A stretch of 64,000 nucleotides of DNA from an uncultured delta proteobacterium (GTDB taxonomy: Bacteria > Desulfobacterota > SM23-61). The stretch's first letter is position 1. Every line of letters begins with the position of its first letter. Made by a program: the position numbers and the translations under genes. Below, one piece after another: positions 18,947-28,982 of the stretch. Below the pieces are notes generated by a model. It searched no databases. It had not been told where the DNA came from and worked only from the letters and a program-made list of their open reading frames with translations. The stretch spans positions 23,380 through 87,379 of the forward strand of contig CAVXFA010000054.1 in NCBI GenBank assembly GCA_963760605.1, written 5' to 3'.

Positions 18947-21604
18947 TTGGCGGGAAAGTTTAGCCAATTTTTCAAAGGGCGAAACGGTTACCGGGGGCCA
19001 GATATTTTGCCTGAGTTTTCATCCTTGAGTCCACCGGAGAACACGAAGACCTACCGGACGGATGTTCACCCCTCCCAGATGGGGTGTGATCTGTGCGGTC
19101 TTCCACTGGGCCGTTCAAAAATACAGCAGGGGATGGGAGAAAAAAATTTTCGCTTTTGTTGCCTGGGGTGCCAGCAGGTATTTCTTATTCTCTCCACCAA
19201 TCCTGATGGGATGCCCGCAAACTTTCGGGAGACGGAACTTTATAAAGCCTGCGCGGAGTCCGGCATCATTCCTCGAGCGGAAGAAGATCTAAGTTCCCAT
19301 GAAGCTCCCGCGGATTCTCGAAAGCAAGAACCCTCTCCTCCTCCTCCTCTAAGTCTGACCATGAAGGTGGCAGGGATGTGGTGTCCGGCCTGCTCCTGGT
19401 TGATCGAAGAAGTACTCCGCAAAACCAGAGGGATCTTGGAAGCCAAGGTTTTCTTTCTCTCCGACCTGGTTCAGGTGAGATACTTTCCTCATAACCTGTC
19501 TCCACCGGAGATTATGACCCGGATATCAAAGCTGGGATACCAGCCGTCGCTTCTCCAGGATGGGTCAGCGAGTGCGCGAGAAAAAAAGGACCTCCAATTA
19601 CGCCTGGGTATCTCTGCCATCCTGTCCATGAATGTAATGATGATTTCCTTTGCCCTGTATGCCGGGTTTTTCCGGGATCTGTCCCAGACCGTGATCGGAT
19701 ATTTTTCCTATCCTCTTTGGCTGATGACCACGCCGGTGATTTTTTATGGGGGTCTTCCGATTCTCAGAAGGGCTTATGCGGGACTGCGATATGGCCGCAC
19801 CTCGATGGACACTTTGATCTCTGTGGGGGCTCTGGCGGCCTATTTTTACAGCCTCGTTCAGATGGCCAGGGGCAGCCTTCATCTCTACTTCGATACGGCA
19901 TCCATGCTGATCACCTTAGTCCTCCTGGGAAAATACATCGAGACCCATGTCCGGGAAAAGGTGTCGGCGGGGATTACCGACCTTTATAAATTGGCCAACC
20001 AGAAAGTTCGCCTTTGGATCGGGGGGCAGGAGAAGTGGGTTTCCCCGGAGGCCGTCCAACCAGGATATGAATTCCAGGTTCATTCGGGGGAGCGCATTCC
20101 CTTGGATGGGCAGATCATCGCCGGCTTAGGGCATGTGGATCAATCGATCTTTACCGGAGAGACCCTGCCTCTAAGAAAAGGCCCGGGGGATGAAGTCATG
20201 GGGGGAGTCTTGCTTCTGGAAGGTGACCTGAAACTTAAGGTAACCCGCGTTGGTCAAGAGACCACTCTGGGACAGATGATCGCCTTGACGCAAGAGGCTC
20301 TTGACAAGAAAAACCCGGTGGAGCTGCTCGCCGACCGAATCACCCGCTGGTTTGTACCCTTCATCTTTGTCATTGCGGGCGTCGTAGCCCTCTCGCTCTG
20401 GAGGTTCAATTCTTCCGTCGATGAAGCTCTGCTTCGCAGTCTGACCGTGATCATCATTTCCTGCCCCTGTGCCCTCGGCATCGCCACTCCTCTGGTGAAA
20501 GTGGCGACCATGGGAGTGGGCCGGGCCAAAGGAATTCTGGTTCGCAATCCAGGGGCTCTCGAGCAGGCCAAAGACTTAGACACCATCTTCTTCGATAAAA
20601 CCGGGACATTAACCGAGGGGAATTTCTCCCTCCGGGAAATCATTGCCGAGGGCGTCTCAGAGCGAGAAGCTCTGGGTCGGCTGGCCCCCGTGGAGGCTTT
20701 CTCTGATCACTTCCTGGCAAAGGAGATCATTCACAAAGCGAGGGAAATGTCCGTAAAGATGGAAGAAGCCACCGCCTTTGAAGACTTCGAGGGCATGGGG
20801 GTGAAAGGCTTTATTGGGGGAAGAGAAATTTTCATCGGCAATCGTCAGCTGATGAACAAGTTCGGGATGGATCTTTCATCTTCTTTGGAGAAAAGAGCTT
20901 TCTCCTCGGAATCAAGAGGAATGACCGTGGTCTTCTTCGGGTGGGATCAACAGGTTCGCGGATTTCTCGTTTTGGGGGATTCCATCAAGCGCGGTGTCCC
21001 GGAGTTGGTGCAGAAACTCCAGGCCCGGAACATTACTCCTTGGTTGGTCTCCGGAGATGCGCCAGAGACCACCCGGGCAGTGGCTGAAGAATCCGGCATA
21101 AACCAGTTTCGGGGGCAGGCCTTGCCTCAAGATAAGGTGGAGCTCATCAGGTCTGTTCAGCAAGAGGGTCATCGAGTAGGGATGGTGGGCGATGGGATTA
21201 ATGACGCTGCCGCTCTTGCCCAGGCGGACGTGGGTTTTGCGCTGGGAACGGGAACGAATATCACCCGAGAGGCATCGGATTTTACTCTGTTGGCCGCGGA
21301 GCCAACCCGCGTTCTCGAAGTTCTCGATTTATCAGCTCTCACCACCAAGACCGTCCGTCAGAACCTCTCCTTTGCCTTTCTTTACAATGCTCTGGCGATC
21401 CCGCTGGCAGTCGCAGGCCTTCTGAATCCACTCATCGCTGTCTGCGCCATGTTCGCCAGCAGCCTTACGGTCATCGGAAATGCGCTGAGGATTTCCAGAA
21501 ATGAAACCCCTGACGACTCTCCCATTCCCCCACAGTCTGGTGACCCGAATTCTCCTTCATCCTTAAAGGATTGGCGGGCAGACCCAAAAAAGATTAATTT
21601 GTAA
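18947..21604 (+). CDS. ccoI: Copper-translocating P1B-type ATPase (CcoI/FixI-like)
   Basis: CDLCG..FCCLGC, MWCPAC, TGET, SCPCALG, DKTGT, GDGIND; exact start uncertain. Confidence 0.88.
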   Translation: MAGKFSQFFKGRNGYRGPDILPEFSSLSPPENTKTYRTDVHPSQMGCDLCGLPLGRSKIQQGMGEKNFRFCCLGCQQVFLILSTNPDGMPANFRETELYKACAESGIIPRAEEDLSSHEAPADSRKQEPSPPPPLSLTMKVAGMWCPACSWLIEEVLRKTRGILEAKVFFLSDLVQVRYFPHNLSPPEIMTRISKLGYQPSLLQDGSASAREKKDLQLRLGISAILSMNVMMISFALYAGFFRDLSQTVIGYFSYPLWLMTTPVIFYGGLPILRRAYAGLRYGRTSMDTLISVGALAAYFYSLVQMARGSLHLYFDTASMLITLVLLGKYIETHVREKVSAGITDLYKLANQKVRLWIGGQEKWVSPEAVQPGYEFQVHSGERIPLDGQIIAGLGHVDQSIFTGETLPLRKGPGDEVMGGVLLLEGDLKLKVTRVGQETTLGQMIALTQEALDKKNPVELLADRITRWFVPFIFVIAGVVALSLWRFNSSVDEALLRSLTVIIISCPCALGIATPLVKVATMGVGRAKGILVRNPGALEQAKDLDTIFFDKTGTLTEGNFSLREIIAEGVSEREALGRLAPVEAFSDHFLAKEIIHKAREMSVKMEEATAFEDFEGMGVKGFIGGREIFIGNRQLMNKFGMDLSSSLEKRAFSSESRGMTVVFFGWDQQVRGFLVLGDSIKRGVPELVQKLQARNITPWLVSGDAPETTRAVAEESGINQFRGQALPQDKVELIRSVQQEGHRVGMVGDGINDAAALAQADVGFALGTGTNITREASDFTLLAAEPTRVLEVLDLSALTTKTVRQNLSFAFLYNALAIPLAVAGLLNPLIAVCAMFASSLTVIGNALRISRNETPDDSPIPPQSGDPNSPSSLKDWRADPKKINL

Positions 21605-21605
21605 C

Positions 21606-21633
21606 TCAAGATATAAAAAAGAAGAGCCGATAC
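21606..21633 (+). promoter_or_regulatory. sigma28/FliA-like promoter
   Basis: TCAAG-N15-GCCGATAC directly upstream of the rod RNA. Confidence 0.45.
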
Positions 21634-21641
21634 GGAAGATA

Positions 21642-21785
21642 GAAATCTGCGATGCTCGTTGGCGAACCGGAGGCGGATTCTAACACCAGAATATATGGTC
21701 CTTTGGGGAGCATCCCCTGAAATAGGACCAAAATTAAAAAAAGGAGATTTCGCGGCTCCCGGACGCAACGGCCTGCGCGGATTTC
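21642..21785 (+). ncRNA. ssrS: 6S-like RNA (long rod with central bubble)
   Basis: GAAATCTGCG/CGCGGATTTC closing stem; CGTTG/CAACG and CCGGAG/CTCCCGG pairings; A-rich central bubble; TGGTCCT/AGGACCA apical stem; 5' CTGCGATGCTCG resembles 6S 5' ends. Confidence 0.6.
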
Positions 21786-21788
21786 CAT

Positions 21789-21823
21789 AACCCCCAATAG
21801 GGAAATCCTATTGGGGTTTTTTT
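21789..21823 (+). terminator. Rho-independent terminator
   Basis: CCCCAATAGG-loop-CCTATTGGGG followed by T7. Confidence 0.85.
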
Positions 21824-22018
21824 ATTATTCCATTCCCCTCCCCCCTTTTTTCCCCTTCCCGCCTGGACAGCGGAAATGTTGCTTTTATGAATCCATCGAT
21901 AGTGAAAGGATCAGAAATTTAGGGTATGATGGAAAAGATGGAAAACTTCGACCACGGCCTACGTTTAAACTGAGAATCTGAATCTCGACTTTCAAAAGAA
22001 GACACCTGCGAGGAGCCT

Positions 22019-22789
22019 ATGAATGAAATGTTCAACTTGAAGGGGAAAGTAGCCATTGTGACGGGCGGCAATGGAGGCATAGGGAAGGGAATAGGCCGCG
22101 GCTTTGCAGCGGCGGGGAGCGAAATTGTCATCGCCGCGCGTAACCCGGCCAAGACCGCTGAAGCGGTGCGCGAAATCCAGGAAGAATTTGGCGTGCGGGT
22201 GCTGGGTGTGCAGGTTGATGTTCGCGAGGAAGGCCAGATTCGAAGGATGGTGCAACAGGTGCTCGATTTATTTGGCCGGATCGACATTCTGGTGAATAAC
22301 GCCGGTACAAACATTCGGAAGAACCCCCAAGATTACGATCTTTCCGAATGGGATGAAGTTCTCAACACCAACCTCCGCAGTGCCTTCTTGTGTTCCAAAG
22401 CTGTTTATCCGGTTATGAAGTTGGCGAAAAGGGGCAAGATGATCAACATCGGCTCGATGACTTCGATTTTTGGAAACCCTCAGGCTCCCCTTTATGGTGC
22501 GAGCAAAGGCGGGATCGTCCAATTGACGCGCAGCCTCGCCGTCGCCTGGGCCCCGGACCACATCCAGGTGAACGCCATCCTCCCCGGCTGGATCAATACC
22601 GACTTGACCCGGAATGCCCGCAAGGCCTGGCCCAATTTGAATGAACGCGTCCTCGCCCGGACACCCACCGGGCGCTGGGGCGAGCCAGCCGATCTGGCCG
22701 GAGCCGCCATTTTCCTGGCCAGCCATGCCGCGGATTTCGTGACAGGTGTAGCCCTGCCGGTGGACGGCGGGTTTTCTGTGATGATGTGA
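22019..22789 (+). CDS. SDR-family oxidoreductase (KduD/gluconate 5-dehydrogenase-like)
   Basis: TGGNGGIG, NNAG, YGASK, VDGG. Confidence 0.88.
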   Translation: MNEMFNLKGKVAIVTGGNGGIGKGIGRGFAAAGSEIVIAARNPAKTAEAVREIQEEFGVRVLGVQVDVREEGQIRRMVQQVLDLFGRIDILVNNAGTNIRKNPQDYDLSEWDEVLNTNLRSAFLCSKAVYPVMKLAKRGKMINIGSMTSIFGNPQAPLYGASKGGIVQLTRSLAVAWAPDHIQVNAILPGWINTDLTRNARKAWPNLNERVLARTPTGRWGEPADLAGAAIFLASHAADFVTGVALPVDGGFSVMM

Positions 22790-22813
22790 GGAAAATAAAG
22801 GAAGGGAATAAAT

Positions 22814-23389
22814 TTGCGATCAGATCAAGAACGGTGGGATGAAAAATATAGAGGAAAGGGGTTAGTCTTAGGAACAGAGGCCAACCCCTTCCTGAGAAAG
22901 CATATCCGCCTCCTTCCCAAAGGAAAGGCCTTGGATATTGCCACGGGGGAGGGAAAGAATGCGGTCTTTCTCGCTCACCATGGTTTCGATGTGGAGGCAG
23001 TCGATATCTCTAAATTTGGACTGAGGAAAGCACAGAAATTGGCCAAAGAGAACGGGGTCAGGATTCGAACGCTTCACGCCGACCTCGACCACTACCAGTT
23101 AGAAGAGGGGCGATATGACCTCATTACAGACTTCTACTTCCTCGATCGGCGTCTGATCCCCGGGATCAAAAGAGGTTTAAAAAAGGGAGGAAGGGTGGTT
23201 TTTGAAACCTACCTCATGGAACAGATGTCTCTCAGCAATGAAGGACCCAAAAATCCCCGCTATCTCTTGAAGCCCAACGAGCTTCTTACCCTTTTCAGGG
23301 GATTCCGCATTCTTTTCTACCGGGAGGGAATCTTCAGAGAGGGTGGAACCAGAAAAGCCATTGCCAGCTTGATCGCCGAAAAAGTCTGA
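22814..23389 (+). CDS. Class I SAM methyltransferase (TehB-like)
   Basis: WDEKY, ALDIATGEGKNA, LLKPNELL; TTG start. Confidence 0.8.
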   Translation: MRSDQERWDEKYRGKGLVLGTEANPFLRKHIRLLPKGKALDIATGEGKNAVFLAHHGFDVEAVDISKFGLRKAQKLAKENGVRIRTLHADLDHYQLEEGRYDLITDFYFLDRRLIPGIKRGLKKGGRVVFETYLMEQMSLSNEGPKNPRYLLKPNELLTLFRGFRILFYREGIFREGGTRKAIASLIAEKV

Positions 23390-23448
23390 GACCTTTCACC
23401 GCGGAGACCGCCGAGAACGCCACCTCTGCGCTCCCTGCGGTGCATCCA

Positions 23449-23889
23449 TTATGCCGCTTTCAATTCCGAAGTGCAGTGGGCGCAACGGGTTGCTTTAATC
23501 GGTACGGAAGAAAGACAATAGGGGCAGTCTTTCGTTGTTGGCGCAGCTTCCCGTTTGAATTTGTTGATAGTCCGAACCAGAAGAAACACGGCAAAAGCGA
23601 TGATAAGAAAGCTGATGACCGTATTTAAGAATACCCCAATGTTCAGGGTAACCGCTCCTGCGGTTTTGGCGTTCGCCAGGGAGGCGTAGGGCGCAGCCAC
23701 TTTCCCTTCTTTGAGAACAATAAAAAAGTTGGAGAAATCAACGTTCCCCAGGAGCAGGCCGATCGGTGGCATGATGACATCCGCAACGAGGGAGCCGACG
23801 ATGGTCCCGAAGGCGGCACCAATGATAATTCCAACTGCCATATCCACTACATTTCCCCGCATAGCAAATTCTTTGAATTCTTTAAACAT
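23449..23889 (-). CDS. mscL: Large-conductance mechanosensitive channel with a C-terminal zinc ribbon
   Basis: [27 protein letters not shown]; CPYC..CAHC tail. Confidence 0.93.
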   Translation of the reverse strand: MFKEFKEFAMRGNVVDMAVGIIIGAAFGTIVGSLVADVIMPPIGLLLGNVDFSNFFIVLKEGKVAAPYASLANAKTAGAVTLNIGVFLNTVISFLIIAFAVFLLVRTINKFKREAAPTTKDCPYCLSSVPIKATRCAHCTSELKAA

Positions 23890-24162
23890 TGTTTGCCCCC
23901 CTTCTGAGTGTATTATATGGAGTCGTAAAAAGCCTGGGTGAGACCCTTTTTTGATATAAGATTTGGGCTGCATCACGATAATAATGTATTTTCCATCAAA
24001 AGACTAGGTATTTTTTAGAAACCATTATGCCCGCACCCGAGGAACGCTGGGATTGCCCAACCTATTCACATTGAATCAACGGTCCAAAGACTATTCCATT
24101 GACAAACCGAATCACGGGGATATGCTGAGATAAGTGGAAATCATTATCCCCTGTAATTCAAT

Positions 24163-25327
24163 ATGGAAAAAAACCGAATTATCATTACCTGCGCGAAGGG
24201 GATTCCGCCTTTCTTAAAGGAAGAAGTCGTTTCCTTGGGTCTCCCACTCATATCCCTGGGTGTCGCGAGTGTTGAGACCGCAGGGACGATGGATGACACC
24301 CTGCGACTGAATCTTTTCGTCCGCACGGGCCATCGGGTCCTTTTTCTTCTGGAGGAGTTTAAGGCGCAAAACCCCGAGGAGCTCTATTCCCATTTGTCCA
24401 GAATTTCCTGGGAAGATTATATATACGAAGACGGCTATCTCTGTGTAACCTCGTCTGTTGACAACCCGACGATTAAAGATTCTCGCTATGCCAATGTAAA
24501 ATCAAAGGATGCGATTGTGGACCGGATTAAGAAAAAATGCGGGCGGCGCCCCAATTCCGGACCGGAAAGAAAGGGAGCCGTGATCGATCTCTACTGGAAA
24601 GAGGACCTGTGCCAGGTTTTTCTGGATACCTCGGGCGAGCCGCTTTCCCGGCGGGGATACAGGAAGATTCCGCTCAAAGCTCCCATGCAGGAAACACTCG
24701 CGGCGGCCGTTGTTCTGGCAGCCACCTGGAATGGCAACGGCAATTTTGTCAACCCCATGTGCGGCAGCGGCACACTGGCCATCGAGGCGGCCATGGATGG
24801 CTCTGAACATACCGCCAGGGCTTCTCCGGAGCAATTATGGTTTCATGCATCTGAAGGGATTTAACGAATCTTTCTGGAAAGACTTGCTCCATAAAGCAAA
24901 AACGCGTATCAAAAGATCTTTCGGGGAGAAGATCATTGCTACGGATATAAGCCCGGAGGCGGTCCAGGCAGCCAAACGAAACGCCGCTGCCGCAGGGGTC
25001 GAAAATTTGATCGAGTTCGAGGTGTGTGATTACTCGGAGACCCCGATCCCAGCTGGCGGAGGAGTCGTTATAGTAAACCCCGAATATGGCGAAAGGTTGG
25101 GAAAGTTGAAAGAACTCGAGAAGACGTATAAAGGAATCGGTGATTTTTTTAAGAAGAAATGCCAGGGATACAGGGGATATATCTTTACCGGCAACTTAGA
25201 GTTAGCCAAAAAGGTGGGGTTAAAGGCCAAAAGAAGGATCCCTTTTTTCAACAGTAATATAGAGTGCCGGCTATTGGAGTATGATCTGTATGAGGGAACC
25301 AGAAAAGGATCCGACCCCATACGGTAA
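24163..25327 (+). pseudogene. THUMP-domain RNA methyltransferase (RlmL-like), with a +1 frameshift near 24793
   Basis: DTSGEPLSRRGYR..APMQETLAAA..NPMCGSGT then, in the shifted frame, WMALNIPPG..NPEYGERLG. May be an assembly indel. Confidence 0.8.
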
Positions 25328-25397
25328 ATCTTTCCAGCTCGGGTTGGCATCAGCTCCCACCCTAAGAAATCAGAACCATGGGTAGTGAGGGAATTCT

Positions 25398-26264
25398 ATG
25401 GAGGATAACAGGAAATTTATCTCTCGAGTCCTGCCCCCAAAGGAGAAATCGGAGGCGGCTTGGTGGTTTGCCTTCCAGGAAAATAAACTTCTCGTGCAGC
25501 CGCAATCCTCTCAGCTAACGATCCCCTGTCTTCTTGACTTTGCCGAGCTGAGATTGCCGGTCTTGCGTCAGCATTACCTTGGCCAGCTCGACAGCCACCA
25601 CTGTTATACAGTCGAACTGGCTGAAGGGATTATTCCGCCAGAAGGCACAGCCTTCGAGGGCTTGCGGCAGGTATATGACCGATTAGATGAAGATTTGTTC
25701 TGGGTGGCCGGGCGGGCTGTGCAAATTATAGACTGGGACAGGACCCATCAGTTTTGTGGCCGCTGTGGAATCAGGGTGAAAACCCACCCGACCGAACGGG
25801 CCAAAGAGTGCCCGCAATGCGGCCTCCTCCATTTCCCCCGTCTTGCCCCCGCGATCATCGTACTGGTCGAACGCGGGCAGGAAATGCTGTTGGCGCGGGC
25901 TCGTCGATTTCCGACTGTCATGTACAGCACTCTCGCCGGGTTTGTGGAGCCGGGGGAAACACTGGAGCAAGCTGTTGCCCGGGAGGTTAAGGAGGAAACG
26001 GGAATCTCGGTCAAGGACATCCGCTACTTCGGTAGCCAACCCTGGCCTTTTCCCCATTCGCTCATGATCGGGTTTACGGCCGCGTATGAAAGCGGAGAAA
26101 TCACCCTGGAGGATGAGGAAAACATAGATGCGCGCTGGTTTTCGGCTGATCACTTACCTGCCTTGCCCGGCAAGATCAGTATCGCCCGTAAATTAATAGA
26201 CTGGTTTCTGGAAAAACAAGGACGGTCTCCCGAGGGGGACCCGCGCAGTATGAAGAAGGCATGA
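25398..26264 (+). CDS. nudC: NAD(+) diphosphatase
   Basis: FCGRCG..CPQC, AGFVEPGETLEQAVAREVKEETG, SQPWPFPHS. Confidence 0.93.
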   Translation: MEDNRKFISRVLPPKEKSEAAWWFAFQENKLLVQPQSSQLTIPCLLDFAELRLPVLRQHYLGQLDSHHCYTVELAEGIIPPEGTAFEGLRQVYDRLDEDLFWVAGRAVQIIDWDRTHQFCGRCGIRVKTHPTERAKECPQCGLLHFPRLAPAIIVLVERGQEMLLARARRFPTVMYSTLAGFVEPGETLEQAVAREVKEETGISVKDIRYFGSQPWPFPHSLMIGFTAAYESGEITLEDEENIDARWFSADHLPALPGKISIARKLIDWFLEKQGRSPEGDPRSMKKA

Positions 26265-26296
26265 ATGGGGCTTGGACCCTCTCTCCCATTTACAGA

Positions 26297-26716
26297 CTAC
26301 TCCCCGATGATTTTAACTAGGACCCGCTTTCTCCGGCCGCCGTCAAACTCCCCATAAAAGATCTGCTCCCAGGGGCCAAAGTCCAGCTTCCCGTCGGTGA
26401 TCGCCACTACAACTTCCCGCCCCATCACTTGCCTTTTCAGGTGGGCGTCGCCATTCTGTTCCCCCGTCCGGTTGTGCCGGTAGCGGGAAATGGGTTCGTG
26501 GGGGGCCAGTTTCTCGAGCCATTCATCATAATCCTGATGAAGCCCGGGCTCGTCGTCGTTGATGAACACGGAGGCGGTGATGTGCATGGCGTTGATGAGG
26601 GCGAGACCTTCCCCGATGCCGCTTTCCTTCAGGCAGTCTTCCACCTGGGGAGTGATGTTAACGAAAGCCCGCTGTGTGGGAATATTGAACCACAGCTCCT
26701 TGCGGAAGCTCTTCAT
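26297..26716 (-). CDS. YjbQ family (secondary thiamine-phosphate synthase) protein
   Basis: [27 protein letters not shown]. Confidence 0.9.
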   Translation of the reverse strand: MKSFRKELWFNIPTQRAFVNITPQVEDCLKESGIGEGLALINAMHITASVFINDDEPGLHQDYDEWLEKLAPHEPISRYRHNRTGEQNGDAHLKRQVMGREVVVAITDGKLDFGPWEQIFYGEFDGGRRKRVLVKIIGE

Positions 26717-27066
26717 GGCGACCTCCCCCTTTCAACCCTTTTCCATCCCTTTTTACCACGAATTGGCCAGGGCCACAATCCGAGGGAGGCACCTCATAGT
26801 GATGTGTTCTTCACTTCTTCAATACTGAAAGTGATATTTCCGGGGTTGATCCCGTGATGGGTTGGATGTAAATTATTTCAAGAGAGCATTTCCCATTAGC
26901 ATCCACCTGGCTCCTTAATGCTTTTTTCAAGTTGACAATGGCGACTAAGCTTTTAAAGCCTGATCTGGTGTCGAATAGGGAGGGAGCGAAGCGGGTGGAA
27001 AAAAGCCACGCAAGATGAAAGGTTTGCGGGGGGCGTTGGTCGATCTGGTCATTGATAAACGAGGGC

Positions 27067-27558
27067 TCACCGCCCACGCCTCTCTATCTTTTGCGTCAGA
27101 GGCTTAGGGCTGGAAAAATTTGCCAGGGTTGAGGCCAATCTGGAAGGAATTCTTAATTCTGAGGGAGCCTGTAAATTGATCAGACCGTTTAAAAAGTTTT
27201 TCAATTTATCCATATCCTCTGCCGAAATATCAACAAATTTCACTCCGGTTCGGTAATCGCCGTCTTTCCCTACCTGAATATCTTTCCAAACTAACTGCAC
27301 AACTGCTTCAATGGAATCTAAGTCAGGGCCGGAATGGATAAAGAGATTCAGTCTCAAATTTTGACCAATCTCTATTGGCTCAGATAGATGAAGCAGCAAG
27401 CCGCCTTCGCTAACATTGACCGTATGGCTAGGATGACTCTTGCAGTTGTTGATTTGCCAATATTCAACTGGCAAATCAACTGAAGATCTGGGGTGTCTTC
27501 TCCTTTCAAAATTAACAAATCCGAAAAGAGGTTTTGTTTCTCTTTCTTCTTTTTCCAT
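27067..27558 (-). CDS. PilZ-domain (c-di-GMP-binding) protein
   Basis: ERRRHPR and NVSEGG motifs, GVKF. Confidence 0.85.
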   Translation of the reverse strand: MEKEERETKPLFGFVNFERRRHPRSSVDLPVEYWQINNCKSHPSHTVNVSEGGLLLHLSEPIEIGQNLRLNLFIHSGPDLDSIEAVVQLVWKDIQVGKDGDYRTGVKFVDISAEDMDKLKNFLNGLINLQAPSELRIPSRLASTLANFSSPKPLTQKIERRGR

Positions 27559-27592
27559 CTCCTGCCCCTATCTTTTGACTTCTCTCTTCTAA

Positions 27593-27619
27593 TTATCGGA
27601 AAAAAGATGAAAAAATTAA
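27593..27619 (-). promoter_or_regulatory. sigma28/FliA-like promoter for the PilZ gene
   Basis: Minus strand TTAA-N15-TCCGATAA. Confidence 0.45.
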
Positions 27620-28012
27620 ACAAAAATGGACAAGGTAATAATTTCGCTTGGTTAAAGGACCTGCGGGTTAAAGGTAGAGGGTTTATTGGGGCCGAAAATG
27701 GCCTCCCCTTTTTTAGTCTTTCTTTCCGGACCAAAGGGGTTGAAAACCATGCCCTCACCCTTTTTCAGCATCTCCAAAAAGTAATTTCGCAGGAAACAAT
27801 CATCCGTAGCAATTATATAGCCGAACGATTATAATGAAAACCGTCGATGAACCCGCACTTGGACAGATCGATAGACAGCCGACTGGGAACCGAACCTGCG
27901 ATACCAATGGTCTGTCTTTTCTTCCACCGGGGAAAAACCAAATTTCCCTAGTGAAAGAGAGGAAGGCCTGTGCGCCAAATCAAATACCCTATGGAAAAGG
28001 AGGAATCAGCGT

Positions 28013-28468
28013 ATGATCATCGATCAATTGAAAAATGCCTCGTTTTACCTTGGTGCGACGAAAGGACTGGCCATGGCATTTCATTATCTTCAAAACACGG
28101 ACCTATCAAAAATCGCACCGGGAAAGTATGAAATTGACGGGTCCAATGTCTATGCCCTCGTTCAGCAGTACGAGACCAAGTCAAAAGAAAAAGGCCGCTG
28201 GGAAGCTCATCGTCGGTACCTGGATGTCCAGTACGTTTTCCAAGGCGTTGAGCGGATTGGGTACGCCAATCTGGAGCAATTGCAAGCCGGCGAGTACGAT
28301 GAGGCCAAAGACTTTTGGGCGCTTTCAGGGGAGGGGGATTTCCTTGTCGTTCGGGCGGGAACTTTCATGATCCTGGCACCGCAGGATGGGCACATGCCAG
28401 GCATCGCAGTGTCCAGCCCCCAACCTGTCAAGAAAATCGTCGTGAAGGTGCGAATGCCAAACCAATAG
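28013..28468 (+). CDS. YhcH/YjgK/YiaL family protein
   Basis: WEAHRRYLDVQY, DGHMPG, KKIVVKV. Confidence 0.9.
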   Translation: MIIDQLKNASFYLGATKGLAMAFHYLQNTDLSKIAPGKYEIDGSNVYALVQQYETKSKEKGRWEAHRRYLDVQYVFQGVERIGYANLEQLQAGEYDEAKDFWALSGEGDFLVVRAGTFMILAPQDGHMPGIAVSSPQPVKKIVVKVRMPNQ

Positions 28469-28625
28469 TCTTTCCCCAGTGCTGCGGCTTTTCCTTTTTG
28501 CTGGCTATAAAAAAGAGTGAGGAGGGTTAGAAAAATAGAACGATAAATTCGCGGCCCAAAGTGTCAAAGAAGGTCCCCGCTGCTTACCGAGGGTCGGCAG
28601 AAAATTTTGGAGGATAAGGGTTGAT

Positions 28626-28967
28626 TTAGCTTTGTAAAGCCCCGGAAACTTCATCCAAAAGGCTATTAAAAGTTTCTAAAGTTTCGGCTAATTTTTTTTC
28701 TAATGCCTGGGCGTGTTTTTGAGTGGCAGTTAGTTCTTCTTTTAAGTGGTCTATTTCCTGCAAGAGACCCTCTCTATCTCGATGGGCTTGGTCATAATTC
28801 TCTTTCAGGAATTGTATTTTATCCAAGATCTCTTTTTTCCAACGTTCAACCGTTTCCTTCACTAGGAGGATTCTTTTCTCTTCTCCAAGCGGTTGTTGCT
28901 CAAGGGTGGGCTGTTCTTTGGGTGAAGGAAAATCAGTCGGGGCATTCACTTCATAAACATCGTCCAT
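28626..28967 (-). CDS. Coiled-coil hypothetical protein downstream of ParA
   Basis: GGAGG RBS, heptad-rich C-terminal half. Confidence 0.7.
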   Translation of the reverse strand: MDDVYEVNAPTDFPSPKEQPTLEQQPLGEEKRILLVKETVERWKKEILDKIQFLKENYDQAHRDREGLLQEIDHLKEELTATQKHAQALEKKLAETLETFNSLLDEVSGALQS

Positions 28968-28982
28968 TCAATACCTCCTGGA

